From Candidatus Wolframiiraptor gerlachensis (GTDB lineage Archaea > Thermoproteota > Nitrososphaeria_A > Caldarchaeales > Wolframiiraptoraceae), in NCBI GenBank assembly GCA_021323375.2, contig JAJPCT020000001.1, forward strand, positions 38,547 through 62,546: a stretch of DNA of 24,000 bases. Reading direction: 5' to 3'. Made by a program: the position numbers and the translations under genes. Under the pieces are notes generated by a model. It saw only the letters and a list, made by a program, of their open reading frames with translations. It did no database searches and was not told the origin of the DNA. Positions 17,625-24,000 of the stretch are shown here, in pieces (within the stretch, counting starts at the first letter, position 1; every line of letters starts with the position of its first letter).

Positions 17625-18305
17625 ATGAGGCTGGCGGCGCTCTTCAGCGGCGGGAAGGACTCGACCCTCGCGATACAGCTCGCCGAGGCGATGGGCCATC
17701 ATGTGGATTATCTGATCACGGTTAAGGCGGCCTCGGAAGAATCCTACTACTTCCACTATCCCAATATCTGGATGACAAACCTCCAAGCAAGGGCCATGGA
17801 TAGGAGGCAGATCATGGTATCCGTGAGATCCGTGTCGAGGGATGATGAGCTTCAAGCCCTGCGGGATGCTGTCGAGCTCATCCGAGATGAGGTGGACGGC
17901 CTACTTTCAGGCGTCAATAGGAGCAGATCACAGCATGACTCCTTTCAGCAGCTATGTGAGAAGCTTGGACTGAAGTTCCTCGCACCACTCTGGATGCGTG
18001 ATCCAAGGGAGGTTCTCGAGGAGGTCGTCTCGAGCGGGATTACCGCCATTATTGTCAAGGTCGCCGCCATGGGCCTTGGGAGAGAACTCTTGGGAAAAAT
18101 CATAGACCATGAGCTGATCAGCCTATTAAACTCCCTCTCTGAGAGATATGGTGTGAGCATGCTTGGTGAGGGGGGCGAGTTCGAGACACTCGCGCTGGAC
18201 TCGCCGCTCTTCAAGAAGAGGATTGAGATCCTAGACTATGAGATAAGGTGGAGTGGATATAGTGGAATGCTCTTGGTTAGGGAGGCTAGGCTCGCCGAGA
18301 AATGA
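17625..18305 (+). CDS. PP-loop ATP pyrophosphatase, MJ0570/diphthine-ammonia ligase (Dph6)-like
   Basis: The SGGKDS PP-loop lies right after the start (MRLAALFSGGKDS) and the length is ~226 aa. The track start 17616 is TTG; I prefer the ATG at 17625. Confidence 0.7.
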   Translation: MRLAALFSGGKDSTLAIQLAEAMGHHVDYLITVKAASEESYYFHYPNIWMTNLQARAMDRRQIMVSVRSVSRDDELQALRDAVELIRDEVDGLLSGVNRSRSQHDSFQQLCEKLGLKFLAPLWMRDPREVLEEVVSSGITAIIVKVAAMGLGRELLGKIIDHELISLLNSLSERYGVSMLGEGGEFETLALDSPLFKKRIEILDYEIRWSGYSGMLLVREARLAEK

Positions 18306-18308
18306 TGG

Positions 18309-18707
18309 CTAGCTGCCCGTCCTCACATTCACTATCATACACCTTCCCATGATCCTCCAATATTCGACGTTTGCCCCAGGCTCGAGCTTCTCCCGAAGCT
18401 TCTCGTCCTGCGGCAGTGGTATCTCTACAATCTCATATGTCTCGTTGTCCATTACGCTGACCATATCCCCTATCGAGACGACCTGGCCATTCCTCTTCTC
18501 GATTATCGGCACCTCAACCCTGCTGTCAGCCGGCCCCACGAGCGTCCGCTTAACGTTGTCGAATATGCCTATAGCCACAACCCTAACCTTAGCCGACCCA
18601 TGTTTTCCCGGCTTACTTTTCTCAAGCTCCACGATCCTGCAAGGCTCGCCATCGATCACGATATTATGGCCGACTTTAAGAGACCCAAGCTCCGCAGGCT
18701 TGCTCAT
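18309..18707 (-). CDS. eif5a: translation initiation factor aIF5A
   Basis: Hypusine loop [13 protein letters not shown] followed by an OB-fold C-domain. The track start 18728 is TTG; the ATG at 18707 ([11 protein letters not shown]) gives a typical 132-aa protein. Confidence 0.9.
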   Translation of the reverse strand: MSKPAELGSLKVGHNIVIDGEPCRIVELEKSKPGKHGSAKVRVVAIGIFDNVKRTLVGPADSRVEVPIIEKRNGQVVSIGDMVSVMDNETYEIVEIPLPQDEKLREKLEPGANVEYWRIMGRCMIVNVRTGS

Positions 18708-18822
18708 GTTCTCGGGAGAACCGATCAATTCACTTATATAAGGGTGTTTCTCCGCAAGACCCTAGCCGAGGCGCCATCCAGCATCATCAAAACCTTTAAG
18801 GAGCTTTTATCCAGCCCGTTGC

Positions 18823-20058
18823 GTGGACTTGAGCTCCATTATCAGCCTCAGATTCTCGGACATTAACGGCGTTCTAAAGGAGGTATTAATCTCTGAGGGG
18901 GAGTTTGAAAAGGCCGTATCGAGGGGGATCTGGTTCGACGGCTCATCGATAGAGGGGTTCGCGAGGAGATTCGAGAGCGATATGATGCTCGTTGTTGATG
19001 CGAGCGCATGCTATACCCTTAACGGCGTTAAGACTTATTTCTGCGATGTTTACAGGAATGGCGCCCCATTCGAGGGAGACCCGAGAACAGTCCTAAAGAA
19101 TCTTCTCAAAAGAATTGAGAAGAATGAGGGCTTCACGTTCGTCGCCGCCGGAGAGCTCGAGTTCTATATACTCAGGGGAGGGGAGCCCCTCGATAGCGGA
19201 AGCTACTTCGACGTATCTCCGAGGGATAAGGCCAACCTGATTAAGATTAGAATAGCTGAGAAGCTCTCCGAGGCTGGGATAGACTGGAGCACCAGTCACC
19301 ATGAAGTCGGGCCGGGCCAGAATGAGGTGGATATACTCCATGACCAGGGATTAAGGATCGCCGATAAGACCCTCCTAACGAAGAATATTATCAAGCTTGT
19401 CTGCGAGTCCATGGACTTGAAGGCATCATTTATGCCAAAGCCATTCTATGGTAAGCCCGGGAACGGGTTCCACATCCACATGAGCCTCTGGGCTGGTGAT
19501 GATAACCTATTCTATGATGAACGCGACCCGTATGGTCTCTCAGATCTGGCGAAGAGCTTCATAGCCGGTATCTTCGAGCACGTAGGCGGTATCACGGCGA
19601 TAGCGAACCCGACCGTGAACTCCTATAAGAGGCTGGGAGAGTTTGAGGCCCCGAAATATGTTTACTGGGGGATGAAGAATAGGGATGCCCTGATAAGGAT
19701 ACCGGAATTCCGCTTGAAGGCCGGGGCAAGGATAGAGTATCGCGCTCCCGACCCATCGGCAAACCCGTATCTCCTGTTCACCGTCCTGCTCGCCGCCGGA
19801 TTGGATGGCATCAAGAGAAATCTGGAGCCGCCCGAGCCGATCGAGAAGGATATCTATGAGTATGGGCTATATCGGGAGCTTCCAACGCTACCCCCGACGC
19901 TCGAGAAGGCCCTAGACGCCCTAGAGGAGGATAAGCTGCTTAGAGATGTTTTAGGGCTGGCTGGCGAGAACTTCATCAAGCTAAAGAGGCAGGAATGGGA
20001 GGAATATGCGACTAGAAGGATAACCGACTGGGAGTATGAGAAATACTTTGATGTATAA
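18823..20058 (+). CDS. glnA: glutamine synthetase (type I family)
   Basis: FDGSSIEGF, HHEVGPGQNEVD, GNGFHIHMSLW, NSYKRL and RIEYRAPDPSANPYL motifs. GTG start. Confidence 0.9.
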   Translation: MDLSSIISLRFSDINGVLKEVLISEGEFEKAVSRGIWFDGSSIEGFARRFESDMMLVVDASACYTLNGVKTYFCDVYRNGAPFEGDPRTVLKNLLKRIEKNEGFTFVAAGELEFYILRGGEPLDSGSYFDVSPRDKANLIKIRIAEKLSEAGIDWSTSHHEVGPGQNEVDILHDQGLRIADKTLLTKNIIKLVCESMDLKASFMPKPFYGKPGNGFHIHMSLWAGDDNLFYDERDPYGLSDLAKSFIAGIFEHVGGITAIANPTVNSYKRLGEFEAPKYVYWGMKNRDALIRIPEFRLKAGARIEYRAPDPSANPYLLFTVLLAAGLDGIKRNLEPPEPIEKDIYEYGLYRELPTLPPTLEKALDALEEDKLLRDVLGLAGENFIKLKRQEWEEYATRRITDWEYEKYFDV

Positions 20059-20074
20059 GATATCCTTCGCGATT

Positions 20075-21166
20075 TTAGAGCTCGAGGTTCTTGGCATCTA
20101 TATAGGCTAGGGGTGGGCCGCCCCTAGTGCTTGGCGTTACATAGACCTTGTCGGGGAATTGTATTGCGAGGCTATTGAATGCGTCATGGATCATGCTTAG
20201 ATCCGCTATCGAGCCAGACTCCATCAGAGATATCACCGTCATGCACTCGAGCTTTAGGAGATCGACATTCTCCCCAAAGTATCGGCTCATAAGACTATAT
20301 GTCTCAAGAAGCATTCTCGAAGCCTCATACCTGTCAGCCGGCCTATAAAGCTTCTCGAGGGGCTTCAGGAAGTCTCCGAAGAGATAGTGCTCAAGCTTCT
20401 CCGGCGACAGTGATGCCAGCTTGAGGACCCTATCAGGGTCGTAGATCATCTGAGTATTTATCTCGTATTTCCCCCTGCCGCTCCGCTTGAGTATACCGCA
20501 GTCCACGAGCCACTCAAACCTTGGGGGTGCTATGTGCCTATACTTCGCATATTGGCTGCTCTTTATCCACTCGATCTTGTCCTTTATCATAAGCCTCCGC
20601 TCCCTGAACCTCTCAGCCTCCTGAACCTCCTTTATCCTGCTCTTCGGCAGGACGCGCCTCAGCGCTTGCGGATAGGCCTCCTCCATTGCGTATATCATCG
20701 CCTCCTGCCTCCTAAACTTTCCCCTCCCTATCACCCAGCTCGTTATCATCTGGATGAATGGATAATCCTTCGCGAAGATGTTCCAGAGGAAGAAGATTTT
20801 CTCAGCATCATTCAGCATTAGGAGATCTATCAGCCTCAGCGACTTATCTCCCTCCACGAGCCTCCTGAACCTCGACGCGCTCCTAGAGCAGAGGTAGAGC
20901 TTCCCGAATACGCCGAGCCTCTGACTCTTCCTATCTACTAGGTCAAGCTCCGCGGCGAGGGTCACATAGTTCCTAGCATTCACCGGGCTTGTGATGAGCC
21001 CTATCGGCCGCCCCGCCAAGAAATCCCTATCACCGACGCTCTTAACAATCTCGTAGAGAACCGATGCAAGGAAGTCGAATGTCTTCGGGGAATCATCCTC
21101 GAGTAGACATGGTATTATCCTAAGGTATCCGAGCCTGCAGATGTCGCCATGAGCCTCGAGTATCAT
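20075..21166 (-). CDS. hypothetical 363-aa protein translationally coupled to the DNA methyltransferase (candidate restriction/defence partner)
   Basis: The ATG overlaps the MTase stop by 4 nt (ATGA). No nuclease, ATPase or other signature was confidently recognised. A possible winged-helix-like stretch is FEWLVDCGILKRSGRGKYEI. Confidence 0.6.
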   Translation of the reverse strand: MILEAHGDICRLGYLRIIPCLLEDDSPKTFDFLASVLYEIVKSVGDRDFLAGRPIGLITSPVNARNYVTLAAELDLVDRKSQRLGVFGKLYLCSRSASRFRRLVEGDKSLRLIDLLMLNDAEKIFFLWNIFAKDYPFIQMITSWVIGRGKFRRQEAMIYAMEEAYPQALRRVLPKSRIKEVQEAERFRERRLMIKDKIEWIKSSQYAKYRHIAPPRFEWLVDCGILKRSGRGKYEINTQMIYDPDRVLKLASLSPEKLEHYLFGDFLKPLEKLYRPADRYEASRMLLETYSLMSRYFGENVDLLKLECMTVISLMESGSIADLSMIHDAFNSLAIQFPDKVYVTPSTRGGPPLAYIDAKNLEL

Positions 21167-22368
21167 CCAGACACCTCCTCACTCACGACTGTTAGAGGCC
21201 TTGCCCTCTCCCAGTCTATGACTACCGGGTTCGGCTCAAAGCATCCCTTATGAAGCTCTAGAATTACCTCCTTGCTGACGCCGTCATCCTCCCTCAGATA
21301 CCAGAGATACTTGTTAGACTTTGGAATCGAGTCCGAGATTATCCCGGCAACCCTGAAGCCTACCTCTTCGGCGATCGGCGCCGTAACCTCCGCCATGTCT
21401 ATTATCCTTCCCTTCAACTTAACCCTCCCGAGGACTATCACCGCGGCCCTATCCCACTTGAGAACCCTGAAAATCTCCCTCAAGACATCCCTGATGAAGA
21501 TCTTGAACCTCTCCACAGATTCCGTGTGGAAGAGCCTTCTCGCCACATCCTCATACTCATACCCCAAGAACCAGAGCCTAAGCCAGTTATCCCAAGCATA
21601 TGTCTGCATATTGAAGTACGGTGGCGAGGTTATGACAAAGTCTATGGACTCATCCTCTATTGTAAGCCTCCTTGCATCCTCCATATATGCTTCACCCCTG
21701 ATCGCCGGTATCCCATCCCTGAAGACGCGCTCGGCCTTCATCCTCAAGCATTTCAACACGTTCCTCTTCGGCTTCCTCACACCATTCTCCATCACGTATC
21801 TCTTCACATAGCCCGGGGCCATGGAGAAGGAGTGCGAGCACCTAACACTCAGATGCATCCTAGTCGGACCATGGAGTATCCCGAGCATAAGGGCTCTCAT
21901 GAAGTTGGCTAGATCCTCGTCCTCCGTCTCATTAATCAGGTCGCGAACCGCGAGAATCTGCCTCAACGTATAATTGCTGAAGAATGCCCTAACATCATCA
22001 CTAACCTCTGACACGTCGTAGCCTGATGGATTGATCCTCGACTCAGCCCACTTTATCCACTCGAGGACCCGCCTGCGGTGGACGGGCCTAACCTTCGCCC
22101 TCGTCAGGACATAGGCCTCCGGCGAGAGATCATTGCCTATCCCGATCCTTCCATTGAGGCATGCCTCGAGCGGCGCGGTCCCCTTCCCGCTAAAGGGGTC
22201 GAGGACTATATCCCTAAGCCGCGAGTATTTCATGATAAAGTAGTATGCGAGGGCTGGTGGAAAGCTTCCAGTCCTGGAGCAGATCCTGTGGAGCGCGATG
22301 CCCCAGCCATCCCTCGCCCGCTTCCAGGAATCAATGATCTCATAGCTTAAAAGGCATGTAGTCTGCAA
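21163..22368 (-). CDS. N4/N6 DNA methyltransferase with AdoMet motif preceding the SPPY catalytic motif
   Basis: SFPPALAYYFIMKYSRLRDIVLDPFSGKGTAPLEA (motif I, FxGxG type) lies near the N-terminus. DFVITSPPYFNM (motif IV) lies ~210 aa later. The start is TTG at 22368, and there is no in-frame ATG upstream of motif I. Confidence 0.8.
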   Translation of the reverse strand: MQTTCLLSYEIIDSWKRARDGWGIALHRICSRTGSFPPALAYYFIMKYSRLRDIVLDPFSGKGTAPLEACLNGRIGIGNDLSPEAYVLTRAKVRPVHRRRVLEWIKWAESRINPSGYDVSEVSDDVRAFFSNYTLRQILAVRDLINETEDEDLANFMRALMLGILHGPTRMHLSVRCSHSFSMAPGYVKRYVMENGVRKPKRNVLKCLRMKAERVFRDGIPAIRGEAYMEDARRLTIEDESIDFVITSPPYFNMQTYAWDNWLRLWFLGYEYEDVARRLFHTESVERFKIFIRDVLREIFRVLKWDRAAVIVLGRVKLKGRIIDMAEVTAPIAEEVGFRVAGIISDSIPKSNKYLWYLREDDGVSKEVILELHKGCFEPNPVVIDWERARPLTVVSEEVSG

Positions 22369-22542
22369 GGCGCTGACGCACTTGAATCAATAGCTTTATC
22401 CATTCGGCTCGGAATGGTCAGAAAATAATTCGTGAAAAACCTCCACGTATACCATCGGATATTCGGATTCCGGGAAGCGGTTTGAGAAGCATGATTAACT
22501 GCGGATAAGATCCACGTATATCATGTGAAAACACTCGGCTAG

Positions 22543-22660
22543 TAACATGGATATCATGATCCGTGGAGGCATGTTTCATGCAAAGATCAGCTGAGATGAC
22601 TCTAAGATGGCAGCGGAGCGGCCCGCAAGCCCTGAGCCGCCTTTTATGTTTTAATAGAGG
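22543..22660 (+). repeat. possible third, diverged copy (C) of the structured RNA-like repeat
   Basis: It carries the same ordered blocks as copy A: CCGTGGAGG (vs CCATGGAGG), a hairpin GCATG-ttt-CATGC (22569-22581), ATGG, GGCCCGC (22620-22626) and GCCTTTTATG (22639-22648), with two insertions. Its left flank TAACATG..ATGATCC resembles the left flank of copy B (14656-14668). It lacks the 20-nt block. Confidence 0.25.
22650..22657 (+). promoter_or_regulatory. TATA-like box upstream of the tRNA-like fragment
   Basis: TTTAATAG is centred ~30 nt upstream of position 22686. This spacing is compatible with an archaeal promoter firing just before the fragment. Confidence 0.25.
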
Positions 22661-22685
22661 CTTTGAAATGATAGTCTTCCGGGGA

Positions 22686-22721
22686 AGCCCGGTCGTCTAG
22701 CGGCCAAACCCTCGCTGGTCA
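22686..22721 (+). tRNA. tRNA-like 5' fragment (acceptor strand + D-arm-like region only; not a complete tRNA)
   Basis: AGCCCGG-U-C-GUCU-AGCGGCCA fits a 7-nt acceptor strand with U8, A14, R15, G18G19 and A21. The following CCUCG-CUGGUCA could be half an anticodon arm. No 3' anticodon-stem strand, T-arm (GTTCRAATC) or CCGGGCT acceptor complement occurs from 22369 to the window end. Confidence 0.3.
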
Positions 22722-22946
22722 GAATGGTTGGGGGGGTTAAGGATCTTGGAAACTATATACCTCAACTATCTCAAAATACTGTTATTTTAAATGTCTCTCT
22801 GTCTGTGGTCTCTAATACCGTGCACCTCCACAAAACTCCCGAAAGGTGGGTTTAAAGCCCAATTTTTCACCTCAACAGATCTCAACCCCAACCCATCTAT
22901 AATGAAAAAGAATAAAGGATCCCCACAACCTCCATACTCATCAAAC

Positions 22947-23273
22947 CTATCCCCAGAACCGTTTTCTACACCCCTCGCATATTACTTGGACTATCTGGCC
23001 ATCTATTATGACCGCGTAGCCCTTAGCCCTCTCCTCCAGTTCCTTCTTTGTTAAGGCCATAAGTCCTCCGCATAGGTCGCAGACCGCTTCATGCTTCTCG
23101 ATATGCAGGACTTCCCTGATCTTACCCCTCCTATCAACCATCGTGATTATCAAAGATCTCAAAGCGAATTCCTGAATCCTCGGGTCTCCATCAATAGGCG
23201 TTAAAACGATCATCCTAGCCCCATCCCCTCCTCCTGCTTTCTTGGTAGAACGTCTAGCGTGATGGCCTAACAT
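22947..23273 (-). CDS. hypothetical protein (108 aa; possibly 88 aa from Met21 at 23213)
   Basis: ORF with two Cys pairs (CDLCG ... CEGC) suggesting a small zinc-binding protein. The 5' end overlaps a 46-aa upstream ORF. Confidence 0.45.
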   Translation of the reverse strand: MLGHHARRSTKKAGGGDGARMIVLTPIDGDPRIQEFALRSLIITMVDRRGKIREVLHIEKHEAVCDLCGGLMALTKKELEERAKGYAVIIDGQIVQVICEGCRKRFWG

Positions 23274-23394
23274 AGTCTAGTGTCTCGTTAATAGCTCTCT
23301 TGACACCATACCTCTCCACAATCTTCTTCAATCCCCCCAGCTCAATAGACCATGACAGACCAAGCCCATCCCTCAGTATCCCTCTCGTTATCAT
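23254..23394 (-). CDS. hypothetical 46-aa ORF overlapping the start of the 108-aa ORF
   Basis: Hand translation gives MITRGILRDGLGLSWSIELGGLKKIVERYGVKRAINETLDYVRPSR. It overlaps the downstream ATG by 20 nt and is below the ORF-track cutoff. It is supported only by the ORF and its coupling geometry. Confidence 0.3.
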   Translation of the reverse strand: MITRGILRDGLGLSWSIELGGLKKIVERYGVKRAINETLDYVRPSR

Positions 23395-23446
23395 TATGGT
23401 GTTCCTTTTTCCGAGCCTATCCCCAGACTATTCGAATAAATCTTCT

Positions 23447-23665
23447 TTAGTACAAAACCTTCATCCTCTCAACCCTACCCCTCTCATCCACACAATGATT
23501 AATCTCATATGGTTCCTCATCCCAGCTTAGACACCTCACTTCTCTCAAGACAACCCTCTCAACCGTAATCTCCTCCTTTCCGTCTGAGATCCTCCTCGCC
23601 CTCTCAACAGCAATAATAATGTGGAATGTCTTGGAGGTCTCATCTTCCTCGATAAAATTCTTCAC
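23447..23665 (-). CDS. hypothetical protein (72 aa)
   Basis: ORF only. It lies inside a 255-bp segment (23427-23681) that is present in this copy of the IS110-like leader region but absent from the 11.3-kb copy. Confidence 0.4.
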   Translation of the reverse strand: MKNFIEEDETSKTFHIIIAVERARRISDGKEEITVERVVLREVRCLSWDEEPYEINHCVDERGRVERMKVLY

Positions 23666-23784
23666 GAACCTTTCCCATCAGCCTTAATCTGAACGCTTAA
23701 ACCAATAATCCCTATGATAAGGGCTCTCATTTTCGGGATAGTCCTCAAGGAATAAGAAAGGGCCCGTGTCAGGGATGCGTGTGG

Positions 23785-23946
23785 ATGTGGTTGACTGGGG
23801 TTCTAGCTAGGGTGTTTGTCCTCGAGAATCTTGTTAGGATTGATGATTTCGCCAAGGCATTTGGGAGATGTGTTGGGGAATCCACGATGAGGGCACTATG
23901 CAGCGAGCTCAAGGACCTGCTGGAGGAGGACGAGGACCATGAGTAG
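23785..23946 (+). CDS. paralog of the conserved 53-aa ORF
   Basis: Hand translation gives MWLTGVLARVFVLENLVRIDDFAKAFGRCVGESTMRALCSELKDLLEEDEDHE. It has the same length and the same 8-nt overlap with the downstream ATG as the 11405-11566 copy. Confidence 0.5.
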   Translation: MWLTGVLARVFVLENLVRIDDFAKAFGRCVGESTMRALCSELKDLLEEDEDHE

Positions 23947-24000
23947 AATTGTTTTCGTTCATACTTCTAGGATTACTAAGGATGGTAGGGGAGGCCATAT
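23939..24000 (+). CDS. N-terminus of a second IS110-like ORF (truncated by the window end)
   Basis: MSRIVFVHTSRITKDGRGGH aligns with MTRVYYVDAAIPSNRKKRRK of the 11559 ORF. The position of the putative first Asp is His here. Confidence 0.45.
   Translation, partial: MSRIVFVHTSRITKDGRGGH

Noticed and set aside
22556-22660. C/D-box sRNA (ATGATCC / GAGATGA as C boxes, CTGA as D boxes)
   Set aside because: The box sequences are imperfect. The spacings (28 and 32 nt) do not fit the ~12-nt guide architecture of archaeal C/D sRNAs, and there is no terminal stem.
22686-22790. Complete tRNA gene
   Set aside because: Only the acceptor 5' strand and a D-arm-like region are present. No T-arm, no 3' acceptor strand (CCGGGCT) and no closing anticodon stem occur from 22369 to the window end, so it is reported only as a fragment.
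22791-23054. Plus-strand 87-aa ORF
   Set aside because: Its translation is low-complexity and Pro/Ser/Leu-rich. It overlaps the better-looking minus-strand 108-aa ORF and has no start context.
1-24000. CRISPR arrays, rRNA genes, long tandem repeats
   Set aside because: Reading both strands showed no regularly spaced direct repeats with unique spacers, no rRNA-like conserved blocks and no long tandem arrays.

Overview
Dense archaeal chromosomal segment. Archaeal origin is supported by aIF2-alpha, Nop10, AglB/STT3, aIF5A, archaemetzincin, Nob1, PurP and PdxST, with many 1-4 nt gene overlaps. Positions 1-20 kb are mostly housekeeping: translation and ribosome biogenesis, N-glycosylation, purine, PLP, NAD and glutamine metabolism. 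This stretch also holds a miniature SMC-like/kleisin-like/tandem-winged-helix operon at 6.3-9.4 kb. The most interesting signal is an insertion-like module at about 11.25-12.6 kb. It has a 53-aa ORF that overlaps by 8 nt a compact 294-aa ORF whose motifs resemble IS110/IS1111-family (bridge/seek-RNA) recombinases. A structured, T-run-terminated RNA-like element closed by a perfect 15-bp stem follows directly. A diverged second copy of the leader, small ORF and large-ORF start lies at 23.68-24.0 kb, cut by the window end. The 3' RNA-like element belongs to a small repeat family: a clear orphan copy between two purP paralogs and a possible third copy near 22.55 kb, with hairpin stems that differ in sequence but keep their position. 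The region from 20.06 kb to the end looks accessory. It contains a motif-permuted N4/N6 DNA methyltransferase translationally coupled to an unrecognisable 363-aa partner, short direct and inverted repeats, a tRNA-like 5' fragment with a promoter-like box, and several small ORFs. No CRISPR array, rRNA gene or complete tRNA gene was found. All functional calls rest on motifs read by eye and recalled family signatures; no database search was run.
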